Under the pieces are notes generated by a model, which saw nothing but the letters and a program-made list of their open reading frames with translations, was not told the origin of the DNA and did no database searches. The position numbers and the translations under genes are program-made. Shown here piece after piece: positions 9,923 through 23,627 of a DNA stretch of 64,000 bases (position 1 is the stretch's first letter; the number at the start of each line of letters is the position of its first letter). The stretch comes from Candidatus Tectimicrobiota bacterium. Its GTDB lineage: Bacteria > JACPUC01. The stretch covers positions 1 to 64,000 of the forward strand of contig JACPUC010000019.1 in the NCBI GenBank assembly GCA_016192455.1. Reading direction: 5' to 3'.

Positions 9923-11188
9923 TCAGCGATCGAGCTGAAAGAGCTGGCGGATCGTCTGCGCGTAGGCCGTGCTCCCGTCGGACGATCCCTGCTGCTTGAG
10001 GGAGACGAGCGGCGCATGGAGGAACTTGTTGAGGAGCGACGTCGTGAGCTGCTCGATGGCCTGGATGTCAGCCTCGCTCATCTTGCCGTTGCGATTGACG
10101 AACCTCTCCACCTCAGCACGCCGGATGTGCTCGAACTTCTCCCGCAGCGCCACGATCGTGGGGGTCACATCGCGGGCGTCGAACCAGGCGAGGAACTTCG
10201 CCACCTCGGACTGGACGATCTCCTCGGCCCGCACCGCCTCTCGCTGGCGCTCCTTGATGTTGGTTTCGATGACGTTCTCGAGGTCATCGATGTCATAGAG
10301 GAAGACATGATCGATCTCGTTCACCGCCGCATCGATGTCGCGCGGCAGGGCAATGTCGATGAAGAACATCGGCTTGTTCTTGCGCTGCCGGATGACGCGC
10401 TGGACCTCGTCCTTGTTGACGATGACTTTTCCCGCCGCCGTCGAGCTGATGACGATGTCGGCCTGCGCCATGCGCTCCTGCAAATGCTCGAAGCGAATGG
10501 CATCTCCCCCCAGGCCCTCGGCCAGCTCCACGGCGCGGTTGAAGGTGCGATTGCAGACAAGGAGTGATTTCACCCCGTTGCTCAAGAGATGACGCGCCGC
10601 CAGCTCCGCCATCTCGCCGGCGCCGATGAGCATGACCGTCTTGTCCGCCAAGTCGCCGAAGATTTTCCTGGAGAGTTCCACCGCGGCGTACGAAATCGAC
10701 ACGGCGTTCTCGGAGATGCGCGTCTCGGTGCGCACCCGCTTGGCCACCGTGAAAGCGCGCTCCAGGACTTGGTGCAGCACGGGTCCCAGCACGCCGCTCT
10801 CCTTTGCCGCCTGGAAGGCGGCCTTTACCTGCCCGAGGATTTGCGCCTCCCCCACGATGAGCGAGTCAAGGCTGCTGGCCACGCGGAAGAGATGCCGCAC
10901 CGCCTCGGCGTCCTGGTAGGTGTAGAGACAGGCCTCGAAACTGGAGAGAGGCACGCCCCGGCAGTCGCCCAGGTGCGTCCGCAGCTCCTTCGCGCTCAGC
11001 TCGGCATCCTGCACCCTGGCGCAGATTTCCGTGCGGTTACAGGTGGAGAGGAGAAAGGCCTCCTCGACAGCCGGCATCGCCCCGAACTGCTTGAGGGATT
11101 CGACCAGGTGCTCGTCGGAGAAGTGGAGCTGCTCGCGCACGCTGATCGGAGCGGTCTTGTGACTGAGACCAAGTAGGAGGATGTTCAT
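9923..11188 (-). CDS. hemA: Glutamyl-tRNA reductase
   Basis: LSTCNRTE, SSLDSLIVGEAQILGQVK, IGAGEM, DIALPRDID. Confidence 0.98.
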   Translation of the reverse strand: MNILLLGLSHKTAPISVREQLHFSDEHLVESLKQFGAMPAVEEAFLLSTCNRTEICARVQDAELSAKELRTHLGDCRGVPLSSFEACLYTYQDAEAVRHLFRVASSLDSLIVGEAQILGQVKAAFQAAKESGVLGPVLHQVLERAFTVAKRVRTETRISENAVSISYAAVELSRKIFGDLADKTVMLIGAGEMAELAARHLLSNGVKSLLVCNRTFNRAVELAEGLGGDAIRFEHLQERMAQADIVISSTAAGKVIVNKDEVQRVIRQRKNKPMFFIDIALPRDIDAAVNEIDHVFLYDIDDLENVIETNIKERQREAVRAEEIVQSEVAKFLAWFDARDVTPTIVALREKFEHIRRAEVERFVNRNGKMSEADIQAIEQLTTSLLNKFLHAPLVSLKQQGSSDGSTAYAQTIRQLFQLDR

Positions 11189-11245
11189 GGCTCCCTGCCT
11201 GTCAGCCTCAAGCCTGTCGGCGATGCGGAAGGGAAGCTTCCCCTT

Positions 11246-12046
11246 TCACTTCGCCGTGTGGAGGAAGTACGTCAACACCGCGACGCAGAACCCCAGGACC
11301 GCCAGAACCGAAGGCTTGCGGCCCCGCCAGCCTCCGGCCAGTCGGCCGATGAAGAGCACGGCGTACATCAGCCAGGTCACCAGCAAGGGAAGCGTGTACT
11401 GGAAGTCCCAGCGCAGCAGCGACCCTTTCGCCGCGCCGGCCCAGATGATCCCCGCGATCAGCCCAAAAGTCAGGAACGGAAAGCCGAACGACTGGGCCGT
11501 CGCATTGATGCTGTCAAGCGATTCAAGGGAGGGGAAGCGGTAGTAGAAGGCGCCGATTTTCTTCGATTTGAGCTGGCTCTCCTGGATGATGTACATGAGG
11601 CCGGCGCCAAAGATGAGTGCGAAGGCCGCCAAGCCGGCGAAGGCGAAGACGATGTGCATGCCGAACCACACGGAGCGGACCTTCGGGTCAAGTTGCACGG
11701 TATATTGGAAGATCAGGAGAGCGAAGAAGGTGGCGAGGAACGCCAGGGGGACGAGGAAGATGCCGAGGCTGCCGGTGCGGTAGCGCATCTCCGCCACCAG
11801 GTACACTAGGGCCACCACCCAGGAGAAGAGGATGAGAATTTCCGAGAAGGTGGCGAACGGCGGTCGGCCCACTGCCCGCGCGTAGAGCAGCAAGGCCACA
11901 CTCTGCGTCAGAAAGCCTACCGCAACCCCGATCGTGGCGAGGACGAACGTCGTTCTGCGATGCCGCCTGACATTCCACCAGTACCCGCAGGCACTCAGGA
12001 AGTAGCAGAGCAGCGCAACACTGAAGAGGAGGTGCGGAACTCTCAT
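11246..12046 (-). CDS. CcsA/HemX-like membrane protein
   Basis: About 8 hydrophobic segments, conserved His (GMHI), QESQLKSK..PSLESLD, degenerate W..WD motif. Directly upstream of hemA. Confidence 0.85.
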   Translation of the reverse strand: MRVPHLLFSVALLCYFLSACGYWWNVRRHRRTTFVLATIGVAVGFLTQSVALLLYARAVGRPPFATFSEILILFSWVVALVYLVAEMRYRTGSLGIFLVPLAFLATFFALLIFQYTVQLDPKVRSVWFGMHIVFAFAGLAAFALIFGAGLMYIIQESQLKSKKIGAFYYRFPSLESLDSINATAQSFGFPFLTFGLIAGIIWAGAAKGSLLRWDFQYTLPLLVTWLMYAVLFIGRLAGGWRGRKPSVLAVLGFCVAVLTYFLHTAK

Positions 12047-12424
12047 GGGGCTTCGTGCTTAGCGCGGAACGAAGGCGCGGGGGTGACCCAGTCACCACCT
12101 CAGCCTGCAAGCGTGTCGCTGCCTCGCTGCGGCAACGAGGCGTCTGCCGCCAGTACCCGGCAAAGGCGGCATTTCCTTCCCGCGGGTTACGCGCCGCGGC
12201 TCTCCTACATCAAGTTTCCTTAATTATGTGGGCCGCGATGGCGCGTTTCGCAAGTGTTAGAGTCAAGATGGAGGGCAGCCTCTCCTCAGCAGCGCGGTTC
12301 AATCTCCTCGGCCCTCGCCGTCGTTGCCGCAGGAGCCGGCCGGGAGGACCGAAGCGGCGCTTCCCGGGCAACCCGCACCCCTCCTCTCTTCGTTGCTCGG
12401 TTAACGGTGGGAAGGGGCGGCGCC

Positions 12425-13168
12425 TCAGATGTATTGACCTCCGTCGACTTTCAACACCTCCCCGGTAATGTGCCGGGCCTTCTCGGTGCACAGGAACGTC
12501 ACCACGAACGCCACCTCCTCCGCGGTTCCGGCACGACCGAGAACGATCTCGCCGAGGGCCTGCTCCTTCACCGCGTCCGGCAGCACCTCGTACATCTCGG
12601 TCCTGATGAAGCCGGGCGCCACAGCGTTCACGTTGACGTTCGATCTGCCGAGCTCGCGCGCCAGGGCCTTCGTGTAGCCGATGATCCCCGCCTTCGCGGC
12701 GGAGTAGTTGGTCTGCCCGAACTTGCCGCGCAGGCCGTTGATGGAGGTGATGTTGACGATCTTGCCGTGCTTCTGGTCGCGAAAGATCGGCGCCACGGCG
12801 CGGCTGTAATTGAAGCAGCCCTTCAGGTCCACGCCGATGACGCGGTCCCACTGCTCCTCGGTCATCTTCCAGGAGACCCCATCCCAGTTCACCCCGGCGT
12901 TGTTCACCAGGATGTCGACGTGGCCGAGCCGTTCGACAGTGTCGCCCACGATGCGCTGCGCCGCCTCGAAGTCCGAAGCGTCGGCCTGGAAGCAGCACGC
13001 CTTGCGCCCCAGCCCCTCGATGGCGCTGACGAGCTGCAGCGCTTTCGCCTCCTGGCTCTGGTAGGTGATGGCGACGTGAGCGCCGTGCCGCGCCAGGTCA
13101 ACGGCAATGGCCGCGCCGATGCCGCGACTCCCTCCGGTGACAATGGCGACCTTGTCCTCGATCTCCAC
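12425..13168 (-). CDS. SDR oxidoreductase (FabG/acetoacetyl-CoA reductase-like)
   Basis: TGGSRGIG, NNAG, GQTNYSAAK, VAPGFI, VDGG. Confidence 0.93.
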   Translation of the reverse strand: MEIEDKVAIVTGGSRGIGAAIAVDLARHGAHVAITYQSQEAKALQLVSAIEGLGRKACCFQADASDFEAAQRIVGDTVERLGHVDILVNNAGVNWDGVSWKMTEEQWDRVIGVDLKGCFNYSRAVAPIFRDQKHGKIVNITSINGLRGKFGQTNYSAAKAGIIGYTKALARELGRSNVNVNAVAPGFIRTEMYEVLPDAVKEQALGEIVLGRAGTAEEVAFVVTFLCTEKARHITGEVLKVDGGQYI

Positions 13169-13455
13169 GACACCTCTCCCCTCGTTGGACGTTGCCTCTG
13201 CTGTTTCGTGGTTCGCCTGTCACGCGCCGTGGCTCGGACGTTCAACTCAGCGGTTTCGCCGGGCGGCGCGGAAGGAGCGAACCACCGGCGCGCCGTGATG
13301 CACCGCTCTCCCCTCCGCCTTCTCGATCGCTCCTCCCTCAGGTGGCAGCCGCGCGGCGGCGCGGCGGCGATGGACAAAAAGCAACTCGCCCCTTGCAGAA
13401 ACTCTTCCGGGGGATGCCCAAGCACCCTTCTGACCTGTCGATCTGAGAGGCAGCG

Positions 13456-13932
13456 CTAGAGAAGCTTCTTCTGGTACGGTTTCTCGCTCAGGATTTCATC
13501 GAGCTCAGCCTTGAATTCATTGATATCCCGGAATGAACGATACACAGAGGCAAAGCGGACATAGGCCACTTCATCGACCTCGTGCAGCTCGCGCATGACG
13601 CGCTCGCCGATGCGGTAGCTGCGGATTTCCTTTTCCCCGCTCATCTGCAAGGCCCGTTCGACGCGGTTCACGATCTCCTCTCGCTGGGCCACGCTGATGG
13701 GGCGCTTCTCGCACGCCTTCTCCACGCCGAGGGCGATCTTGCGGCGGTCGAACGGTTCGCGCCGGCCATCCTTCTTGATGACCATGGGCAACACCTCTTC
13801 GACCCGCTCGTAAGTCGTGAAACGGCGGTTGCACACCAGGCATTCCCTGCGGCGCCGGATGACATTCGACTCTTTGCTCAGGCGCGAGTCGACAACCCGA
13901 TTATTCAGTTCACCGCAGGCGGGACACTTCAA
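13456..13932 (-). CDS. nrdR: Transcriptional repressor NrdR
   Basis: MKCPAC..VDSR..RRRREC..C..RFTTYE zinc ribbon, ATP cone, [14 protein letters not shown] start. Confidence 0.97.
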   Translation of the reverse strand: MKCPACGELNNRVVDSRLSKESNVIRRRRECLVCNRRFTTYERVEEVLPMVIKKDGRREPFDRRKIALGVEKACEKRPISVAQREEIVNRVERALQMSGEKEIRSYRIGERVMRELHEVDEVAYVRFASVYRSFRDINEFKAELDEILSEKPYQKKLL

Positions 13933-14076
13933 GGCTGCATCTCTCCGCCCATGAGCTGATCAGCGCCCAGCGTGCCACGAACCTGACCGCACGGGGCGCC
14001 GACACGCCGCCCGCGGCAGCCCTCCAGGGCTGCAGGGAGGGCCGCGGGGTGGTGTCTCCAGAGGCACCGCGAGACG

Positions 14077-15333
14077 CTACGAGAGGTGATGGAGGTACTG
14101 CGGGAAGCGGCTGCACAGCTCGCGCACCTTCCCGCGCACCTCACGACGCAGCGCTGCATTCCCCGGCTCGTCAAGGACCCGGCAGATGTACTCGGCGATC
14201 AGCTCCATCTCGGGGGCGCCCATGCCGCGGGAGCTGACCATGGGCGTGCCGATGCGGATACCGCTGGTGACCATCGGGCTGGTGGTGTCGAAGGGGATGA
14301 CGTTGCGGTTGACGATGAATCCGGCCTCGTAGAGCGCCTCGGAGACGGCGCGGCCGGTCAGTCCCTTGGGCCGCAAGTCCAGGAGCATGAGGTGGTTATC
14401 CGTGCCGCCGCTCACCAGGCGACAGCCTCGCCCCGTGAGGGCCTTCGCCAGCGCCGCGGCGTTGGCGACAATCCGCTCCTGGTACTGCTGGAACCCCGGC
14501 TTCGAGGCCTCATGGAAGGCCACCGCCTTGGCGGCGATCTCATGCATGAAGGGGCCACCCTGCAAGCCGGGAAAGACGTTCTTATCGAGCACCTTGCCGA
14601 GGTGGGCGCGCGCGAAGACCAGGCCGCCGCGCGGCCCCCGCAGCGTCTTGTGGGTGGTGGTGGTCACGAAGTCGGCATGAGGAAACGGGCTGGGATGCAC
14701 CTTGGCGGCGACGAGGCCGGCGATGTGAGCCATATCGACGACCAGATAGGCGCCGACCTCAGCGGCGATGGCGCGGAAGCGCGCGAAGTCGATACTACGG
14801 GGATACGCGGACGCCCCGGCGAGGATGATCTTCGGCTGGTAGCTGCGGGCCAGCTCGGCAACCGCGTCGTAGTCGATGCGCTCGGTCTCCCGGCTCACCC
14901 CGTAGTGCACGAACTGGTAGAGCTGCCCGGAGAAGTTCACCGGGCTGCCATGGGTGAGGTGGCCGCCATGGGCAAGGTCCATGGCCAGAACGGTGTCCCC
15001 CGGCTTCAGCACCGCGAAGTAGACCGCCATGTTCGCCTGCGAGCCGGAGTGCGGCTGCACGTTGACGTACTCGGCATCGAAGAGTTTGCAAGCGCGCTGG
15101 CGCGCCAACGCCTCCACCGCGTCCATATTCTCGCAGCCGCAGTAGTAGCGGCGTCCCGGGTAGCCCTCCGCATACTTGTTGGCGAGCACCGAGCCGCAGG
15201 CCTGCATGACGGCGTCACTCGCATAGTTCTCGGAAGCGATGAGGCCGATCATGTACTCCTGCCGCTCTGTATCGCGCCGGATGATGGCCGCCACCTCGGG
15301 GTCCACTTCCGCCAGCGTACGCATGACGTCCAT
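14077..15333 (-). CDS. glyA: Serine hydroxymethyltransferase
   Basis: [45 protein letters not shown]. Confidence 0.98.
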   Translation of the reverse strand: MDVMRTLAEVDPEVAAIIRRDTERQEYMIGLIASENYASDAVMQACGSVLANKYAEGYPGRRYYCGCENMDAVEALARQRACKLFDAEYVNVQPHSGSQANMAVYFAVLKPGDTVLAMDLAHGGHLTHGSPVNFSGQLYQFVHYGVSRETERIDYDAVAELARSYQPKIILAGASAYPRSIDFARFRAIAAEVGAYLVVDMAHIAGLVAAKVHPSPFPHADFVTTTTHKTLRGPRGGLVFARAHLGKVLDKNVFPGLQGGPFMHEIAAKAVAFHEASKPGFQQYQERIVANAAALAKALTGRGCRLVSGGTDNHLMLLDLRPKGLTGRAVSEALYEAGFIVNRNVIPFDTTSPMVTSGIRIGTPMVSSRGMGAPEMELIAEYICRVLDEPGNAALRREVRGKVRELCSRFPQYLHHLS

Positions 15334-15645
15334 ACGTTCCGTTTCCTGGGATGCGTCTCCGCCGCTCAACCGCGGCGCCTGGGGGGCGCCGGGCGTCAAC
15401 GCGGGGAGCCGTCTCCCTCAATGAGGAACCCCATCAGCCGCATCCGGCCGCACCTCACGGCATCACAAGGGACGCCTGGGGTCGATGCGGAGCATACTAT
15501 TGGAAGTATACTCTCCAGCTTTTCCCTTTCGCAAGCTCACCCTCATGCGGCCGTCGTCTCTGCCAACGGGTCAGCCGCACAGCGGCCTTGCCGGCGCCCG
15601 CCGGTGGGACGAGCGCCTCCTGCCGCGCCTGCCGCTGGCGTGCCC

Positions 15646-18657
<3,012 letters not shown>

Positions 18658-18993
18658 GGCACGTAGCTCTTCCTGATGACGAATCCGAGACACAGCAGCC
18701 TGCCGGCTGCCGCCCTCGTGGGGCGCCAGCGGCAGGCAGGCCGACAGCGGCCACCTGATGAAGGCTAACACCCGCCCGAAACCGGCGCAAGCTTCAATGT
18801 TCGGTTCCCGGCACAGGTCCCCACAGCCGCGCGGCCCTTCTGGGTTGCAAATTCCCTCCTCGTCTTTCACAATCAAGCGCTGAGATCCCCAGCGCGGCCC
18901 CTTTCGCGGTGCGCCTTGGTGGCCGCGCGGGGCATGTCGCTCGACGGTTGCGAAGAGTGCCCTGACGAACTTGCTTGAGGGAGGGGTGACGGC

Positions 18994-20406
18994 ATGAACT
19001 ACCTGCAAGTGGACTGCCAGAATATTGAGCTGCCCACGTTCTCTTACAAACTCGGTATGGAGCGGCTGCCGCCCGCTCAGTTTCGCGCCATGCAGATGGA
19101 GCGATTGAAACCGTTCCTGCAGCGCGTCTACGAGCACAACCCGTTCTTCCGCGCCCGCTTCGATGCCGTCGGGTTAAAGCCGAGCCATGTGAAGAGTTGG
19201 CAGGACTTCAAGAAGCTCGTGCCGTTCGTCACCAAGCAGGAGGTCCTGGAGGACCAGCGCGACCATCCCCCCTACGGCACCCGCCTGGGGGTGCCGCGCC
19301 AGCAGCTCCGCGTCATGCAGACGACGAGCGGCACCACCGGGATCGGCCAGGAGGTCTATGGCCTCACTGCCGTGGATACCGTCTACGAGGGCCTCAATTC
19401 GGCGCAGTGCATCAGCGGCCAGGGTGTTGAGCCGGGCCAGCACGTGGCCCTCACCTACCCCGTCTCCACCTCGAGCGCGGGGCAGTGCATCATCGAGGGG
19501 CTGCGGATGTACGGCGCCGTGCCGGTGCTCCTCGGCCTTTACGATGCGCAGATGAAGTTCAACTTCATGAAGAGCCTGCAGACCGAGTACATGATCACCG
19601 CGCCGGCCTACCTGACGCGGCTGAGCGTGCTGGCGAAGGAGCTCGCTATCGACCCAAAGCGCGAGTTCCCCAAGCTCAACTCGATCTGTGTCGCCACCGA
19701 GGCCTTCCCGGTGAGCTGGGCGGAGCGCATGCGCGACTTCTGGGGCAAGCCGATCCACGAACTCTACGGCTCGACGCAGCAGGGGAGCGTCATTGGCTAC
19801 ACCTGCACCGCCTGCACCGCCACGGTCAACGGCAAGCGCGGCCTCCTCCACTTCCCGGAGTGGATGTGCATCCTCGAGCTCGTCGATGCCACGACGAACG
19901 AAGAGGTCGGCCCGGGCGAGGAGGGGGAACTCATCCTCACGACCTTCGCCCGCGAGGCCTCGCCGCTCGTCCGCTTCCGCACCGGCGACCTGATGATCCG
20001 CGGCGACCTGAACCGCTGCATCTCGGGTCGCACGACGCTGGCCGCCGAGGCCGGCACCATCCGCCGCGTCGACGACATGATCAAGATCAAGGCCTCCAAC
20101 GTCTGGCCGGCGTCGGTCGACAACGTCATCTTCTCTTACCCCGAGGCGGATGAGTACAACGCCCGCGTGTACCTCGATGAGGCCGGCGCCGAGAAGGTCG
20201 AGATCAAGCTCGAGTTCAAACCCGACGTCAAGGACCAGGGCCGCAAGGCGGCGGTGCTGCGGCAGATGGCGGGCGAGATCAAGAACCGCACCGCCGTGAC
20301 CATGGAGATCGTCGAGGTGCCCAAGGGGACGGTGCAGCGCTTCGAGTGGAAGCCGAAACGCTGGAAGGACCAGCGCATGGAGGGACTCGGCGGCGTGAAA
20401 CTGTAA
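18994..20406 (+). CDS. Phenylacetate-CoA ligase family protein (paralog 1)
   Basis: PFVTKQE, TTSGTTG P-loop, [31 protein letters not shown]. Confidence 0.88.
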   Translation: MNYLQVDCQNIELPTFSYKLGMERLPPAQFRAMQMERLKPFLQRVYEHNPFFRARFDAVGLKPSHVKSWQDFKKLVPFVTKQEVLEDQRDHPPYGTRLGVPRQQLRVMQTTSGTTGIGQEVYGLTAVDTVYEGLNSAQCISGQGVEPGQHVALTYPVSTSSAGQCIIEGLRMYGAVPVLLGLYDAQMKFNFMKSLQTEYMITAPAYLTRLSVLAKELAIDPKREFPKLNSICVATEAFPVSWAERMRDFWGKPIHELYGSTQQGSVIGYTCTACTATVNGKRGLLHFPEWMCILELVDATTNEEVGPGEEGELILTTFAREASPLVRFRTGDLMIRGDLNRCISGRTTLAAEAGTIRRVDDMIKIKASNVWPASVDNVIFSYPEADEYNARVYLDEAGAEKVEIKLEFKPDVKDQGRKAAVLRQMAGEIKNRTAVTMEIVEVPKGTVQRFEWKPKRWKDQRMEGLGGVKL

Positions 20407-20525
20407 CGCGGAAGAGACGGGCCAGGCGAAAGAGGGGTCGGGTCACCAGTAAGGTGGGGTGCTGGGGCGGCGCCGTGTCGCCCCCTCATCCCCACGGCGC
20501 TCTTTCCCGCGTTGAGGGTGCGGCC

Positions 20526-22823
20526 ATGCAGGTGGGAACGGACGAGCTTGCGGTGCTGGGGCGGCGCGTGCGCCGCATCGATGGGGTGGAGAAGGCGACC
20601 GGCCAGGCGCGCTACACGGCGGACCTGCGCCTGCCGCGCCTGCTGCACGGCAAGGTGGTGCGCAGCTCCGTGCCGCACGCCCGCATCCGCGCCATCGACC
20701 TCGGTCACGCCCGCAAGGTTCCCGGCGTTAAGGCGATCCTCACCGGCCTGGACCTCCCTGATCACCGCTTCGGCTTGATGGTCCAGGATCAGCGTCCCCT
20801 GGCGCGCGACAAGGTGCGCTTCATCGGTGATGAGGTGGCGGCGGTGGTGGCCTCCCACGCCGACGCCGCGGCCGAGGCGGCTGACCTCGTGCGCATCGAG
20901 TACGACGAGCTTCCCGCCGTCTACGACGTCTTCGAGGCCATGCAGCCGGAGGCGCCGCGCCTCCACGAGGTCGAGGGCAACGTCGCCTACCGTCTCGCCT
21001 TCCAGCGCGGCAACGTGGACGAGGCCCTGGCCGCCAGCGATGTGGTGGTAAGCGCTCGCTACCGCACCTCGGCGGTCCATCCCCTCCCCCTGGAGCCGAT
21101 GGTCTGCGTGGCTGAGCCGCACGCGGATGGACGGCTGACCATCTACACGCCCAACCAGAACATCTTTCTCGCCCGCGGCCACCTGGCGAAAGCCCTGCGC
21201 CTGCCCCTCGATCGCCTGCGCCTCGTCCAGCTTGCCATCGGGGGCGGCTTCGGCGCCAAGCTCGACATGCCGGTGCATGTGCAGGCGGCCGTCATGGCGC
21301 TGGCGGTGCGGCAGCCGGTGCGCCTCCTCCTCGACCGCCACGAAGATTTCTCCTGCACCATGGCGCGCGTGCCGATGACGGTGGACCTCACCCTCGGCGC
21401 CCGGCGCGACGGCACGCTGACGGCCAAGCGCCAGCGCATCATCGCCGACAACGGCGCCTACTCGAGCCACGCTCCGGCGATCCTGGCCTCCAGCTCGACG
21501 AAAGGGGACTCCCTCTACCGCGTGCGGAACGTCGCCTGCGAGGGGCTGCTCGTCTACACCAACAAGACGCCCACCGGCGCCTTCCGCGGCTACGGCAACC
21601 CGCAGCTCACCTTCGCGCTCGAGTCCCATATGGACGTGCTGGCGGAAGCCCTCGGCATCGATCCGGTCGAGCTGCGGCTGAAGAACGCCATGCGGCCCGG
21701 CGAGGTCTCGGTGCACGGTAACACCATCCACAGCGGCGGCGCCGAGGTCTGCCTGCGACGCGCCCTGCAGGTCCTGCCGCCTCTCCCGGAGGTGCGCGCC
21801 CCGCGCGGGCCGGGAGGGCGCCTGACCCGCCGCGGCCGCGGCGTCGCCTGCGGCATCCACGTCAGCGGGGCGCGCGGCTTCGTGAACTGGGACGGCGGGG
21901 CGGCTCAGATTCACCTCCACGAAGACGGCACGGCGCGGCTGCTGAACGGCGATGGAGAAATGGGACAGGGGAGCATGACGACGCTGGCGCAGATCGTCGC
22001 GGAAGAGCTTGGCCTCAAGACCGAGGACGTACGCGTCGCGCCGCCGGATACCGACACCTCGCCCTACGGTCTCGGCTCCTTCGCCAGTCGGCTCACCGTC
22101 ACTACCGGCCACGCGGTGCGCAACGCGGCCCGCGAAGTGCGGCGTCAGCTCTGCGACGTGGCCGCCGACGCCCTCGAGGTCTCCGCCGACGACCTGGAGT
22201 TCGTGGACCGTCGCATTCGGCTGCGGGGTTCGCCCCAGCATGGCATGAGCGTCGCCGACGCCGCCGCCCGCGCCGTCTTCAGGCAGGGGGGCGCGCCGAT
22301 CATGGGGCAAGGCGTGTACGACGCCCCCACCACCCTCGCCGACCCGGTCACCAAGTACGGCGACACCTCCAGCACCTACGTCTTCATGTGCCAGGTAGCG
22401 GACGTGGAGGTTGACCTTGAGACGGGGCGGGTGACGGTGCTCAACCTTTACTCCGCCCACGATATCGGCAAAGTCATGAATCCGCTCGGGGCGGAGGGCC
22501 AGGTGGAGGGCGGCGTCGCCCAGGGCCTGGGGTTCGCCCTCTCGGAAGAGGTGATCACGCAAGGGGGCAAAATCCAAAACGCCGACCTGACCGATTATCG
22601 CCTCCTCACCGCCCTTGACCTGCCGGCCATCGCCTACGACCTGCTGGAGACCAACGATCCCATTGGACCATACGGCGCCAAGGCCCTCGGCGAGACGCCG
22701 CTGGTGCCCACCGCGGCGGCGGTGGCAAACGCCGTGCGCGCCGCCACCGGGGTACGGATCAGCGAGCTGCCGCTCAGCCCGGCGCGCGTCCTCGCCGCCC
22801 TGCGCGCCGCTAAGCGGGGGTAG
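20526..22823 (+). CDS. Xanthine dehydrogenase-family molybdopterin-binding subunit
   Basis: KATGQARY, IGGGFGAK, AFRGYGNPQ, EMGQGS, GSFASR, GQVEGGVAQGLG, GAKALGE. Confidence 0.93.
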   Translation: MQVGTDELAVLGRRVRRIDGVEKATGQARYTADLRLPRLLHGKVVRSSVPHARIRAIDLGHARKVPGVKAILTGLDLPDHRFGLMVQDQRPLARDKVRFIGDEVAAVVASHADAAAEAADLVRIEYDELPAVYDVFEAMQPEAPRLHEVEGNVAYRLAFQRGNVDEALAASDVVVSARYRTSAVHPLPLEPMVCVAEPHADGRLTIYTPNQNIFLARGHLAKALRLPLDRLRLVQLAIGGGFGAKLDMPVHVQAAVMALAVRQPVRLLLDRHEDFSCTMARVPMTVDLTLGARRDGTLTAKRQRIIADNGAYSSHAPAILASSSTKGDSLYRVRNVACEGLLVYTNKTPTGAFRGYGNPQLTFALESHMDVLAEALGIDPVELRLKNAMRPGEVSVHGNTIHSGGAEVCLRRALQVLPPLPEVRAPRGPGGRLTRRGRGVACGIHVSGARGFVNWDGGAAQIHLHEDGTARLLNGDGEMGQGSMTTLAQIVAEELGLKTEDVRVAPPDTDTSPYGLGSFASRLTVTTGHAVRNAAREVRRQLCDVAADALEVSADDLEFVDRRIRLRGSPQHGMSVADAAARAVFRQGGAPIMGQGVYDAPTTLADPVTKYGDTSSTYVFMCQVADVEVDLETGRVTVLNLYSAHDIGKVMNPLGAEGQVEGGVAQGLGFALSEEVITQGGKIQNADLTDYRLLTALDLPAIAYDLLETNDPIGPYGAKALGETPLVPTAAAVANAVRAATGVRISELPLSPARVLAALRAAKRG

Positions 22824-23201
22824 GCGGTTGGGGGGCAAATCGACGCCAGATGAACGCGGGGCGAGGAGTGTTCCTCGCCCCGCTGCGCGTTCCAGCCTCT
22901 TTCGGGCGCTCGCCACCTTACCGCAGCAACTCTTCCAGGTCCCGCACCTGCCTCCAACATAAGCGTCTACATAGTTGATTTCACATGGGGATGAGGTTGA
23001 CGGTCGCGCGGCCAGCGTCCCCCACCTCTGAGATCTCCGAGCCTCTGCGGTTAAGTGGATCGCACCGCGGAGACGCAGAGGAGGTAGGGGGGGGTCGCGA
23101 ACCGCCCTTACGGGTAATGGGCTGAGAACCTGCTTGGAGAAAAGTGTACGCGTTGGTTTTCATGACCTTGCCGGGGGTCCGAAGGCCCATGGGGAACGGC
23201 C

Positions 23202-23615
23202 TCAGCCGACCGGCAGACGCGGCAGGCGCGCGGCATTCGCCATGGCGGCCTGACCCTCGCTGCGGCGGCTCAGCTCCTCGCGGCACGCGTCGACGGCGCG
23301 CAGGAACTCCGCCAGCCAGGTCTCTTCGGCCCTTCCCCCCACGCTCGCCAGGTAGCGTCGCAGCCGCTCACTCCCCTTCCTCAGCAGCTTCACCGCCGCG
23401 CCGGGTTGACCGCGCCGCAGCTTCACGCCCCCCGCGGCGAGCTGGATGAGGCCCTGGTAGAAGCTGCGCCGCGGCTCCGCCGCCGCCATCCAAACCTCCT
23501 CCCACGCCTCGTGCGCCTCGAAGTACTCCCCCGCGTTGAAGTGCGCCGCGCCGCGGCGGGCGGCTTCGCTGGTAAGGAGGCGCGAGAGCCTTATCCCTCC
23601 CTCCCGGTGAGCCAA
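23202..23615 (-). CDS. DUF309 domain protein
   Basis: FNAGEYFEAHEAWEEVW and FYQGLIQLAAG motifs. Confidence 0.85.
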   Translation of the reverse strand: MAHREGGIRLSRLLTSEAARRGAAHFNAGEYFEAHEAWEEVWMAAAEPRRSFYQGLIQLAAGGVKLRRGQPGAAVKLLRKGSERLRRYLASVGGRAEETWLAEFLRAVDACREELSRRSEGQAAMANAARLPRLPVG

Positions 23616-23627
23616 CGCCGCCTCCCC

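Noticed and set aside
15334-15645. ZTP or glycine riboswitch upstream of glyA
   Set aside because: I could not find the conserved core sequences of either class.
18658-19137. 160-aa N-terminal extension of UvrA in the ORF track
   Set aside because: It overlaps the divergent CoA ligase gene; UvrA homology starts at [11 protein letters not shown].
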